The position numbers and the translations under genes are program-made. Below are positions 34,079-47,400 of a DNA stretch of 64,000 nucleotides, in pieces. Numbering within the stretch: the first letter of the stretch is position 1; every line of letters starts with the position of its first letter. This DNA comes from Takakia lepidozioides (taxonomy: Eukaryota > Plantae > Bryophyta), in assembly GCA_030704615.1 (NCBI GenBank), contig CM060732.1, positions 38,006,001 through 38,070,000 of the forward strand. The letters run 5' to 3'. The notes beneath the pieces were generated by a model. That model saw only the letters and a program-made list of their open reading frames with translations, made no database searches and was not told the origin of the DNA.

Positions 34079-36676
34079 GTGCAGAAAACTGTGAAGTCCA
34101 AGCATACAGGAACAGAGGGAAAAGGATCTGGAGATGGGGACGAGTCTGGCAAAAGCTCAGAGAATAGCGATGAAGCAGATGAATCTGAAGTGCACTACCT
34201 CGACAAGGTGAAAGAACTCATGTCATTACAGAAGGTAAACTCTCAGGAGGTTATAAGGCACATGCTCGTCTCTGGAGGGCGTCTGGACATCCCACCATGC
34301 CGGATGATATCTATGCCTATTGTGCGTCCACCTCTTTCCCATGACATAACAAAATTGGAGAGTGATTTTGTGCATGGATACAGACTTGGTGCACAAGTTT
34401 TTTATGTGTCACTGACGGATACAAATGGGAAAAGCACATTAGTGTCTCCTGAGAGATACCTGGGATGAGTGTTGGAAGGATGTTAATGAGGAGTTTGAGC
34501 TGGGCCTCATGATGGGATACATTCAGAAACATCATGCGAAAGACAAAGACAAGCATGTTGTTGTGGAGGCAATGGTTTTGGATCCTGGAAACGACATCGT
34601 TAGGCTTCTTACAGCTATGCACGACATGAACAAGTAAGTCATCCTAGAGACTCCAATCCCTCTGCAGTGTCTTGTTAATCCCACAAAAAAAACAGTGTTA
34701 ACGAATGCATTGTTTCCAATGTTTTTGTAGATTGACAGAGAAATCGCATGTGACAACAAGCTTGGTCCACACACTGTTCCGAATTCAGAGGATTAGTCTG
34801 ATGAAGCGTATAATCAAGAAGTGCGAAACAGGAAGAGCTGCAGGCACTTGATATTCTTTGACTCGAGTGGCGTTTCTGGAGTACATGTATGTGGTAAGGC
34901 CGAGCCTGTACTCAGTTGTCTTTCTGAATACATGTTTGTATTTCGTTCGGTACTAATCCCTATTTTAATCAATGCAGCAAGAACTGGCAGAGGCAGCTGA
35001 GAAGGGAAAATCCGAATATTACCGCACAACACCAGAGGAACTAAGGACATCAAAGGGTGTGGAAGCAACAATAAAGAAGGAGTTTGAAATGTGCAGAACC
35101 AAACTGATGTCCGCCTTCGGAAAGCAGCTTAGAATAGTAGATCATGGCCTTGGTGCTGAGTTCTTTCAGCAGATCAAATCTCACTATGACAAGCATGTGC
35201 ATCCAGAGATGCAGCAGGAGAAATTGCACCGGCTGGCCATATCCATGGTCGACCCCCAAACGAAAATAAGACGGCTGGAGATTTGGAACTCAGATCAGAC
35301 AATGAAGGACTTGAATCAGTTCCCAAAGAGCACCATACAACCTGGCACAAAGGTGGAAGGAATCAGTGATTTAGTGTTTGATAACTGGCTACACAAGGCT
35401 ACATTTTGGAGTCAGGTGTGTATTCAAATAAGAAGTTTTTTTTGCTTCAATTATGTGATGAGTATCTTATTTGCAATACTGAGAAATATACAATTTGCAG
35501 CTCGAAAAGCACGCCATCATTGTGCTGGAGCAGACTTTGAAGGACTTGAACATTTCGATTGTTTCTCCTCCCCAAATGTCATTGGAGGCATACATAAGGA
35601 AGTGGAGAGGTCTCACCTGGAGATACTGTTTTTTCCGGGAGTTCTCCAAGGATGGTAACATTTTACGGTCCAACGACTTTGACAGTCAGGTTGGGGGAGA
35701 GTGGGCCATGATGCGAGTTGTGTACAGGTACAATATCATACTGGAAACTCTACTGCACTTTTTGAGAAATCATTAGGATTGATTAGCAGTGTAATCATAG
35801 ATCCAAAGTGAATGTCGTTGACGACATTCACTTCTATGTCTGTGTCATTTTAAAGCGAGAATTTGAGTTCACCTGGATTATGAGCTTAGGGTGTATTTAT
35901 AGTGTCCTTGATTGGAATTTTGTGAAAGTTGTTAAGAGGTCCTCAGAGTTTATGTACATTTTTAATGTCCATTGAGTTTTTAGTGAGGGTTCCCGACATT
36001 CAGTTTCTATGCAATGTTTTTGCCTCTTGTGAGAAATCTTGAGGCTTGATTAGCAGTGTAATCATAGATCCAAAGTGAATGTCGTTGACTACATTCACTT
36101 CTATGTCTGTGTCATTCACCAGCGAGAATTTGAATTAACCTGGATTAGGAGCTTAGGGTGTATTTATAGTGTCCTTGATCAGAATTTTGTGAATGGCGTT
36201 GACGACATTCACATCCAGAGTTGTTATGAGGTCCTCAATGTTATGTACGTTTTTAATGTCCATTGAGTTTTTAGTGATGGTTCCTCACTCGAGTTTTCTG
36301 AATGTCGTTGCCGACATTCAGTTTCTATGCAATGATTTTGCCTCTTTTGAGAAATCATTAGGCTTGATTAGCAGTGTAATCAGAGATCCAAAATGAATGT
36401 CGTTGACGACATTCACTTCTATGTCTGTGTCATTCCAAATCTAGAGTTTGTATTCACCTGGATCAGGAACTTAGGGTGTATTTGCAGTATCATTGAATGG
36501 AATTTTGTGAATGGCGTTGAGGACAATCACATCCAGAGCTGTCGCGTGGTCTTGAGAGCTCCTTAGAGCAGTTCATTCTGTGCTACTTGCATCTTATCAT
36601 TTCGCGCTTTGGTTTGTTGGGTTTTATCTCCTGTTTCACAGGTACACGAAATATGTGCTTATGGATGGAAATCACC
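34079..36676 (+). pseudogene. Multi-exon TE-associated gene with a possible ParB/Srx-like N-terminal region; damaged and 3'-truncated
   Basis: IPPCRM...VRPPLSHDITKLESDFVHGY...FYVS, then after a frameshift W..CWKDVNEEFE...YIQKHH...LDP..D...LLTAMHDMN. GT-AG exons continue to ...VVYR|YTKYVLMDGNH, cut at 36677. The family call is from memory of similar non-seed-plant proteins. Confidence 0.45.
35775..36540. repeat. Intronic tandem repeat (~270-320-bp units, about 2.6 copies)
   Basis: GATTAGCAGTGTAATCA.AGATCCAAA.TGAATGTCGTTGAC.ACATTCAC at ~35781, ~36048 and ~36366; each contains a hairpin. Confidence 0.85.
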
Positions 36677-38341
36677 TGAGCGGTATTCCAGACTATCTTG
36701 ACATGTGGTCGGACCTAGCGCGGCCTTCCCCCGAGGGGGAGTTGACCCCTTCAGCAAAGTACGGGTTGCTGGTACACTGCGTGGCAGCACCAGGCGCCAT
36801 AGCTGGGCCCGCGCAGGTACGACACAAGCGGCAGAGGCGACGGAGCCTGCTATTATCCACTGGACCCGTGCCGGCGGCGGGCCAGTCACGCCGCGCCACA
36901 TAGCGCTGGCCGCGGGGTATCGGTTTTAACCGCTGGATATTACGACGGACCCCGCCAGGGATTGTTGGTCCCTGGTACGGGTATTTTAAGGGGGGTTTTC
37001 TCCTTATGCCTTTGATTTCTTGTGCACTATTCATGGTGTTCTTCTTGCATGGGAATGAAGGCATGTTTTAGCAAAAGATAAGAAATGGTTGGTACCATTG
37101 GATAGGCCCCATTGAGGCCTTCAATTTGATATATATCCCGGGGCTTGTGAAAGCACGGCTCACCGGTGGATGCCACAGGCAGAGAGAGAGCCCAGAGACA
37201 GGGAGGAGAGAATTCTTGGTAGGGGTTCCACAAGGCAGAAGATGACATGTTCCAACTTCGTCCTAGGCTGGTTGCTTGCATAAATTAATCAGATTATATT
37301 GGAAGTAGGTGGAAGAGGCGCATGGAATGGACCCTAGGACCCACTGAATGTTTAATCATTATTTATACACCAGGGTGGCGATCAGATGAGAAACTGATGG
37401 GCAGCAGATTTCATTCATCCTGGCCCGGTGATTGTTTAAGTTGCTAATGCGTTATTGATTGGTTTAGTATAGGAATTTAGGGGCGCTCCCAAGTGGAGAG
37501 CGGTTCTCCAACGCTCCCGACATAAAGGACGTTTCCCTGGTACGATGATTATCTATTTCTATGAATTTTCATGCATTTGTAGGAAGGTTTTAATTATTTG
37601 TTATTTATTATTCAGCAAGGTAATTCACCTTTAATAAGGGATTTTATCCAGGCCCCCTTAACTTAAAAACGGAAGTTTTAAATGAGGTATCGCCCCCTTC
37701 CGCCGAGGATATTTGAAGGCAAATACCCAACCGTTGGGGGGGCCTTGGGCCAAGGAACGGCCATTGTTTTACTAGATCTCGGGAATTACCTAGAGGTTTG
37801 AATTGTTATCATTCACCCGATGGACTGACCATTGAGGTTGAAACTTGGATCGCTCTAAGCAGGGGAGACTGACTTGGGAAAGCGGATCCGGTCCCTTCCT
37901 AGGAGGTAGGAAACTAATCCACCTTGGGATTTAGGGGGGGGCATTGGGCGGGAGATAGATGATCCCCGTCTCCTTGGGCTTGGGATTCGTTTTGTGAAGG
38001 GATTTGAAGGTTCGTCCCGGCTATAAGCGTGTTGGGAGTCCAGGCATGTAGAAAGTAGTAATAAACAAAGTCTTGGAAGGCAATTACGATTAAAGACGTA
38101 GAAAATCCATAAACAAAATGTAGGACTAGGAAACGCAAATCGCCCTATGAAGTGGAGTTGCTAAGCTTTGCTTTTCCGGTAGGAAGTTAGACTGTTTAGA
38201 TCCATCCATAGCTGCCACATACCCCTGCACTTACCGCAGCTAGGAAGGCGGTTCGTTGAGCCCAACCTACACTGCAACTTGCCACGACCCCTTAGGCTAG
38301 TATGCCGTCACCCTGGCCGCGTGCGACCAGGGTTCGTCACA
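36677..38341. mobile_element. LTR-like segment(s) of a retrotransposon
   Basis: Ends in GGGTTCGTCACA (reverse complement TGTGACGAACCC). 38060-38310 is clearly homologous to 63760-64000. No matching TSD. Confidence 0.55.
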
Positions 38342-38370
38342 AGTGCATGCCAACATTTCAGTAGCTCAGC

Positions 38371-40599
38371 TTGGAAGTGCAAACCAACAGAGTGATAACT
38401 ACACCTTGGGTATCTAAAAGACCTAAGATGATTAATGAGGGGAAAAACTTGTTGGGGGATGTGGTCAAGTCATTAGGCCCAGGGTTGTATGAGTATAACT
38501 CTAATTCCGATTGTCTTGAGTGGTTATATGGTAGGGAAGAAACCATGAATATAATTCATGTGGAAGGAAAGACAATTACAGGTACGGAACTACCATTTTC
38601 AGAGAGAGAGATTTTGGTAGAGTTGTTCACAATCAACTCCGACCAAATTAGCATGGATAATAGCACTCTCCCTCAGGACGAAAACCATGAGATCCTTGAT
38701 CTCAGACTCATTGACGAAGACGAATTAGTACAGGACGTGTTGAGACAGTGTGCTCCGTCCATTCCCTCAACGGACAAATACTCCTGCACTGTCAGAACAA
38801 ATCACGGAGTCAGAATTCATTTCTGAACCTAAGACTGAGCAGACAATAGATGGTGAAGGTAGGAGCTCAGTTGACTCTAGAGCAGGTCCTAGAGTACCAG
38901 GTTTTATTCAAAGAATTCCATCATGATTTTGCATGGTCCTATACTGAATTGAAGGGGATTCCTCCGTATATTGCAATGCATGCAATTCCTTTAGTCCGCG
39001 AAGACAGCGGGAGAGAAGGGTCAATCCAAATTTGGCCTTGCTAATCAAAACGGAAATTGAGAAATTATTAGCTGCTGGTTTTATCTTCCCTGTTGAAACT
39101 TCAGAATGGGTTTCACCAATGGTGATTGTAAGAAAGAAAATTGAAGGCTTGCGGGTCTGTGTGGACTTCCGTCCTCTCAACGATGTCACTCACAAAGATC
39201 ATTTTCCGTTACCCTTTCTTGACTCCTTAGTAGAGAAAGCGGCAGGGAAAGAAATATATTCTTTCATGGATGGGTTTTCGGGATACAACCAAGTGTTTAT
39301 TGATCCAAAAGATGTAATGAAGACGACTTTCACTTCTCCATGGGGCACTTTTGCTTATACATGCATGCCATCGGTCTATGCAACGCACCCCTGACCTTTC
39401 AAAGGGTGATGACCTATGCATTTTCCGAAATTGTTCGAAGGAACATGGCTATATTCTTAGATGATTTTTGTTGCCATGGAGAAATCCACAGTCACATCAC
39501 TGCACTTCAAGAATGCTTTCTCAAATGCAGGGAGACTGGTATTTCCTTAAACCCAATGAAATGTGTTTTTGCTGTTACCCATGGACTCTTGTTAGGCCAT
39601 ATTGTGTCCAAACCTGGAATTGCTACTGACCCATCCAAGGTCAAGGCTATTGCTCAACTTTTACCACCGGAAATAGTGTCAAAGGTCAGGAGTTTTTTAG
39701 GCCACGTAGGGTGGTACAAAAGATTCATGGGAAACTACGCCTTAGAGGCCATCCCCTTGACCCGCTTATTAAGAAAGAACCAAGTTTTCTTATGGGATGC
39801 AGGATGCCAGCAAGCTTTTGAGAACCTGAAGCAGAAACTAATCTCAGCACCAGTTTTGGTAGCACCAGCCTGGGACAGACCTTTTCGTGTGTATGTTGAT
39901 GCTTCAGCAGTTGCGGTTGGATGTGCTTTGTGTCAACCTGATACGAAAGGCCATGATCATCCCATTGCTTTTGCCAGCCGTCAGCTTACATATGCAGAGT
40001 CAAACTATATTACAACTAAAAAAAAGGAATTGGCCATGATTTTTGTAGTACAAAAATATCGTCATTACGTCTTGGAGACACCATTCACCTTCTTTGTGGA
40101 TCACATGGCATTACGCTATTTGATTAACAAACCAGATCTTTCAGGTCGCATTGCTAGATGGTTGATTCTGTGGCAAGAGTTTGACTACAAGGTGGTGTAC
40201 AAACCCGGAAGACTAAACGCCCAAGCAGATCATTTCTCCAGACTCTCTGAAGAATTAGGAGATGAACCTATCGATGATGACTTTCCCAACGCATTCTTGT
40301 TCGCTATAGACACTGTTCCATCATGGTATGAACCTATAGCACACTACTTGAGCACCGTGAAATTCCCAGAGGGTTTGAACCATCATGAGAGACGAAAGAT
40401 CAAAGTCCAGAGTATGAAATTTGGCCTATTGGGAGGACACTTATATCGGAGAGGACTAGAGGGTCTTTTGAGGAGATGTGTCACTATGGAAGAGGTTCCT
40501 CAGATATTGGAGGCTGCTCATGATAGTCTCTGCGGTGGTCACTTTGCGGGAAGGCTCACTACTCAAAAGGCTTTACGATCAGGATACTATATACCATGA
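38371..40599 (+). pseudogene. Ty3/Gypsy (non-chromovirus-like) pol fragment: RT, RNase H, start of integrase zinc finger
   Basis: WVSPMVIV, RVCVDFR.LN, MDGFSGYNQ, GLCNAP.TFQR, FLDD; YVDAS...ELAMIF...DH; AHDSLCGGHFAG. Frameshifted and truncated before the integrase core. Confidence 0.92.
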
Positions 40600-41758
40600 T
40601 AATTTCCTCTACTCTCTCACTCACATTGAAATGAGGTTAAAATGCTATTGAGTAACAAATGTATGAATATCTTTGAAATATGATGTTTTTTTGTAACCTT
40701 TCATATCTCACATTGTTAATAGTGTCAAATCAAATCTATCACATTGTTAATAGTGTCATTTCAAATTTATCACATTGTCAACAAATGAAACTAAGCTTAA
40801 AGATTGTCCAGAATTATACAAATTTTGTTTTCCATTGTAATGTATATATTACAAAATGGATGTCACATAGTTCTGAGTTTAAACCCAACATGTATGATTT
40901 GGTATGATAATATGATAATCCCTTGCATTGACTATTGGTAAGAATGTGAGCACACCCTTATATATACAACATACATTTTGTACTTTGCACGAGCAACTAA
41001 CACCTACATATATATCGGGTAGTGATAGACTGTGACTAAGTGTGATAGGCTGTGATTGACTGTGACAGACTGTGTAAGGCTATATCGGGCTGTCTGAGAG
41101 CTCATCCCTGCCACTACATTCATTAGTCCAGAATATGCATGCGTAAATAATAAAACAACCACTAGTGGGTTTAAGCCAGATTTCACCCCCTTACATTATT
41201 TTAAGGCGCTGGTGCACTTTTCTTCCATGGAAAAAGTCATCATCTATACCTTGGGCTCTGACACAAAGACGCATTGTAGCCGAGTTTTTAGGACAAAGTA
41301 CTTTCTCTCCTCCCTTGTCTCTCGAGGTCTCCGCCTATAGCTCACTGCTCACAGGCCCACTTGGCTCTCTCTTAGAGTCATAAGAACGCTCCCCTCCAAG
41401 GCTACGTCCTCCCAAAATCCTAGATTTTATCTACCACTGGCGCCTTAGATAATGGCTCATAACCCTTAGAGGGGTATAAATTGAATCTAATAGCTAAAGG
41501 TAAGAATACCCCCCTTTAAGGGAATTTGCAGATGCATTGTCTGCTGGGTAAAACGCCCCCGCCACGTGGCGGGGCGCAGATCCGTACGTAGCGGTCCAAG
41601 CCGTGGACCGCTGCGATTAACGTCGGCGTCCGCCGGTCCGTCTCAGCTTTTGGTTATCCCACGGGTAAAGACCTGCCCTGCTCGCACGCTTCAGGGCCTC
41701 ACGTCTAAGCCACGCGGCTGATGTACTTGATCTCAGTACGACTTAAGGTCAGCACTGG

Positions 41759-42484
41759 TGTCGCGCACCTCGCTTACGTAAGCTCCCCTTCAAGTCATAG
41801 ATACTCGCTTTGATGCACGCGCCTAACTCCCAACCTGGCCGCCGGGCCAACTTGGAGCTTCGGCTGCTCACCGGGACATAACGGTCCCCCTTTAGCTCTT
41901 CCAAAAGACCCTCCACCAATTTGGGCCTAGTGGGAATTCCCTTTGGTAGATGGCAGTCCGGAATAGCTCCCCACTCCTTGGTCGCTTTCCGGCTCGCTCG
42001 CTTACTCACTAGTTTTTTGTCACCAACGGGCTTGCACCGTTCTCGGGGTTACTACTCCCTATATATACTTCTGTGACTGTCCGCGGGGGTTTCACAAACA
42101 ACCATGCTTTTTTATGGCGAACCACCACGAAGACCCTCGACTCCCGGTGATGAGTCGCGGTGAGTCTTGGCCCACCCACCACGGCCCCATTGGACCGTGA
42201 TGAGTCCCAAGACTCCCCACGACTCCCACCACGAGGTCTCCGCCCTATGGTGAGTCATATGCCACCCCCACTAAGTCCTGCTAAGCTACACCACCCCTTG
42301 TGGAGCCACCCCCATCGCAACCCGGTGTGCGGGGCTCCACCTAGTGAGCGCCTCCGCCTCCTTGAGTGCCTTGGGCACTCAAGGGCACTTCAGCCCCTCG
42401 TACCTATCGCTGCCACTGCCCCCACCACAGGGGCAGCCCCTCTTGTGTCCCGACCCCCTGCCCTCAAGGCAAAGGGCCGCGACA
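41759..42484 (-). mobile_element. Solo LTR (726 bp) with a 5-bp TSD
   Basis: TGTCGCG...CGCGACA termini with ACTGG at both 41754-41758 and 42485-42489. Orientation is taken from the PBS-bearing copy at 61480-62216. Confidence 0.95.
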
Positions 42485-44479
42485 ACTGGGGCCCTGCTCC
42501 CCGTACGTCATGGCTGGGCCACGGCTGCCTCCACGCTTTTAGTAATCGAGTACCTACTCTCTAGGCGCAACATCCGGGCTCGCGACCTTGGGCCAGCTGC
42601 TGTCAAGCGAAATTAGCCCCCCCAAACCCCAAGACAAAAAAAAATACAACCCACCCTCCCCTAGGCCTCCATGGCTTGCTAGTGGGGGGGGGGGGGGTTA
42701 GCACATAGTGGCCTTATAGTGGCATTATATCATAGATCTAGCCTATTGGCCTGCCTTTGCCAGAGCTGGCTGTATTTCAAATTAGTAACCAAACACAAAG
42801 ATTCTTTCTTCAAACAATTCAAATACAAGCCTCTATTGGTACCATTTTCAATGGCTATGGAGTTCTTCTCCTTGTCAATTCTAGACATGAAATAGTGGGA
42901 TTCCACAATGCACTCTCCTCTTTTGAAGAGCCTAAATCAGATTTTTAACTTCAAGCTTTGCTTGGAAAATAAATGAATCACAGGTAAGATGGGATCAACC
43001 TTTCTATGCGAGAGTGTTTGGGATGATGTATCGACTCCAAGTAATGGTACTATATGCGGCCTCCACTTGGGCTCTCGTCCATAAGTCCACACCAGCCCCT
43101 CCTACTCGTTCTCAAGTCACTTTCTTCTACATGAAATTGTCATCTTCCTTCACAAATGAAATGGCTCAAAGGCCCACAAGCTATGCCACTTGCCTTAGCT
43201 TACAAGAATTCTATCTAACTAAGGAGCTTCAAGCTCCACTCCCTAGGATCTAACCTCCTCAAGCCTCAAACTAACAACACTACAACAACAAGAGGAAACT
43301 AAGCAAGAGAAAGAGCTAGATGAAGAACAAGAGAAGCCCTGTCCTTCTTTTATAATGTTTTTTAATAAACTAATGAAAAATATTCATTAAACTATTGTTT
43401 CCTTGGAGGATCTATAATATAATATTCAACATGGATGAAAAGTCTTAGAGGCAAATGAAAGCTGGCTTTTCATCCATCCAATTAGATGACCAGTTGGCGC
43501 GAGTTGTCATTTCATCCATCCAGCTCCTCAAGGCGAATTCCAGGATTTTTCATCCATCCAAGAAGTTGAAATTCAAATAATCGGACCCCATGAGTGCCGT
43601 CGACTCAATAATTTGGCCCTGCTGCTAAACAGCTCCATAAATCACCAAACTCGGTGACAAACTACAATTATATACTCTGTATCAGCCTGTAAATTCTCAG
43701 TTCCATCGGTGGTAAAAAGTTGCACTTCTCGCCATTCGTTGTATTTTCGCTACACACAAATTTTGTGGTATTTTTGGAAATCAAATCCCTGGTGATGGCT
43801 CTGGGGTCTTTGACCCTGCCACTAAGTTATAGGTTGTCTGGAGTCCCCTCCAGTTGTCCCGCACCACTAACAGGTCCACGCTTTGCCGTTTGAAGTCGTC
43901 CTGATCTGCTGTCATTCTGATGCGACCAATTGCTTTATTGCGATATTTCATTGTTGTACATGTCGCTTCCACCAATTGCCAAGCTCCTCGCCGTGTATTC
44001 TTACTGGACTTGAAAGGCGGGAGAAAAGAGAGATCGCAATCTAGGACTGGAACAGTCGTCCTGTATTGTTTGAACAGAATTAACTTGTTGTTTCTGGTAC
44101 CGAATCGGCAGCCTAATCGATGCAACTTCCTACGGTCATCTTGATGCCAGTGTTCCACTCCATGGTTGTCGCAGACACTGTCTAATTTCCTACGTGCTTT
44201 ACCAACGATTTCCAGACAACTAGCAAATTAACCTGTTTTGGTAGTACAATGCCGAAACCGCTTGTCTTATAATAAAAAACGATATGAAAAGAAAAATGTA
44301 CCAAAACATGCATCTACAACACCTGATTTCTATTTTGTCATTGTATGATCCTCATTACCAATGTGCTTCCCTAGTGATTGTGTGAGGGCCGAGTTTTTGC
44401 CAATTGTCTAAGGTGAGTTTTGACTAACATTGTGTTGTGTATTATACATGCGAGGAAGAAGCGTGCAGTGGTTGGTGGA

Positions 44480-47400
44480 CCTAGCACTCCCACACAGGGC
44501 AGCCCATCGGGGCATGGTTTGCTGAAACATGTGAACCCAACTGTTGGCTAGACTCCACCCTCCAAACGCCCTCCCACCTGGCCTCACAAGTTATCCTCCA
44601 TTCACACATTACCCTCATGCTTTTCCCCATCCAACACACTATGACCCTCACTCTCAATACCCCCAACCCCCATCTGATTATGCAGAGCAGGCCTATGGCC
44701 ATTCTCCACCCCCTCATCCTTCTTTCCAGCAGCTGCCTCATAGCTACCCTCAACTTGTAATGCGACCGCCATACCCACCCTATGCCCCTTACCCTGGGCC
44801 CTATGTCGCATCTCCCCAACTCTGGACAGTCACAGCCCCCAGTGGATGAAGTCTCTGGTGATGTCCCCGACCCCCCGATTGAAATGTCTAAGAAGGACAA
44901 AGCTAATGCATTGCGGTGTCAGAACCGGAGAGCAAAGGCAGCGGCAACAAAGGTGAAAGTGGAGCAGGAGCAGCTTGGCCTTCCCTCACATATCGTTGTT
45001 GTCAACAAGTTTGGGGAGCCAGTAGGCTGGCATTCTCGCAATTATTGGCATGCAGCCCTTAAAGGGCAGATGTTTCGATTGTGTGACTTATCATTGGCCA
45101 TTCAAGAGCAGAATAAGGAGGACATTAAGCCCTCCCCCCCCAGTGCTCTTGCAATCCGTGCTCACAGCTGTGAAGAATTCCATCATGGCTTCCAAACCAG
45201 GGGTGTCTTTAGGCTCTGTACCGGCAGCCCTCTTCTTGGCTTTCCCCTTGTTGTGTGCCACCTTCTTTGCCCTGGCAGCCAGAGCGTCAAGGAAGCTCTC
45301 ATTGACGCAGTGCGTGCTGGCGTCCACTTTTTCATACACTCCACGCAATCTGGACTATGAGCACATGCGACACACCATTGGCAAAGCTTTGAAGACACGA
45401 CGAAGTGAACTGTATGCAAAGTTCAAGGCAGGGGAGGGCAGACCTTTGTATGTGGGCGAAGGGCAATGGACCAGGCTTGTTGCGTACTGCTCAAACCCAA
45501 ATTTCAGCATCGTATCAGCCAAGATGAAGAAGGCAAATTCGTGTATACAGAATCCATCAAAAATTGGTCGTGGTGGGAAGGCATCTGTGGAGGCATGTCT
45601 GGTAAGTTATTGATCACACCCCCTGGCACAAACTATTGCTAAGGTACTTCAACAGTATGATATGTGGCATTAATTCTTTAACTTGACCTGCAATTTGATT
45701 TATTTCTTCAACCTGACTGGTTGATTGATTGGTTTACTCATTGATTTAATTCTTCAACACGACTGGTTTGTCTTCCCGCTCCGAGTTTAAATATCAGCCA
45801 ATTACCGAGGGTAGCTAGGCCCTTCAGGCCATCCTTACATCCCTACGGCCATACTTTACAATGTCCTTGGAAAGCTCAAAGAGCTTATGGGACAGGAGAA
45901 GACATGCATGAAACAAGAACAGAGAATGCCTTGTACAAAATGAGAGGGTCTCTATTTGTGTAGGTGGTTTTTGAATGCTCCTAGACATGGCCTTTCTTGG
46001 AGGGGGCAGCAAAGGCAGCGTCAATTACAGAGCATGTGAGGGCCCATCCTCGGTTTGGACAAGCTTCACATAGCACCCTCACACCCAGCACCCGCAGGTA
46101 ACTCCAGATTTTACGCATCATGGCCTTGTGTTGCCTAGAGGGAAATACTTAATGCAAACACAGTGAATTGTATATCAATGCAATGTGGAATACTAGGTGT
46201 GTAGCTCTATCTAGTTTAGCTTTTGTCTAGTTTTAGTTTAGGTTTGTGTGTAGCTTTAGTTGTAGGGGAGTAAGCTGCCAGCATAGCAAGCAGTATGGCT
46301 GTAACCTGCTCATAGCTCGGTGTATCTCCGTTACCACTCATTGTGCAGTATGCTTTGTCTGTGCAGGTGCTTGCTGGGATTACGCAAGTCTCTAGCCACA
46401 GGGCATTGCAGGTAAGATTATTCCACTGCCCCATGAAATCTGCATTGGCTTATCGCCAACCCATTTTCGAGTGGTACTTGTGGAACCCAGTCCAATGTGT
46501 GGAGCATATATTCATGTGTGTAGGTACATGGCCATTCACAATTTGTGGCAGTTGAAGGGACAACCACCGCGCTACCTGTTAGCAAGACAACTCCCAAACC
46601 TCCAGTCTTTGACTGCCAGAATGGGGTAAAGGTTCCCTACCTACCTATTTCCGAATTGTAATGGTGCTTACATATATTCTTAGCGATGTTAGTTGTTTCA
46701 CATATGTATATGTTGTTGTTGCATTGATATTTGCCTGAAAGCTTGCTCATGTATCTTCTGGGGTTTTTGGGGTGGATGGCAGTTGAAGGTGGGTGACCAA
46801 GTCCAGCTTATCGACACGGTTTCGAGGGCAACAACAACATCTGGCCACATTGTTAGTCTACAAGGGTCTTCAGCGAGTGCCGGATACCCTATGGTGCCTG
46901 AGGGGTATGTGGCCATCATGATCACACAAGTGACACTTACCAATGCCCCTCTACCGTATCACAACAAGTCCATGAAGCCAACGCACACAGAGTTGGGAGA
47001 CACTCTAGATCATGTTACAGTTTGGAGTGACAAGTTTGTGAAAAATCTAGAAAGTGAAGTGATGAGCATGTGACTGCCCCGAATTTTGAGTGCATCATCT
47101 GCCATGTGTTAGGATTGCACCAGTCCGAGAGATGCCAGTGTATGCATCTTCTGCTCAGGCATTTGGAAGTCTACTTAGACTTTGCAGCTTTGTGCATTTT
47201 TGTAGCGGCATCGGATTAGATTACGGAAATGATCTCTGATCATTAACTCACGTTGTATTTGAATCGATGTTCCAATTTCAAATGTGCTTTCATGTTTCAA
47301 TGGTGTTTTCGTGTGCTTTCAATGGTGTTTTATGTTTCACTGCTGCTAGAGTCAGGCCCATGACTACGCTCATGTATAGGACTACATCCCATCCACAGAG

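Noticed and set aside
36655-36676. DGNH as proof of a ParB active site
   Set aside because: The motif is only four residues, lies far from the expected position, and is cut by an insertion; kept only as weak support.
43278-43290. CACTACAACAA as the left end of CACTA element C
   Set aside because: The following sequence does not match the right-end TIR (..GCTTTTACG), and no subterminal repeats follow.
43781-44158. 125-aa minus ORF as a gene
   Set aside because: No recognisable motif or splice context.
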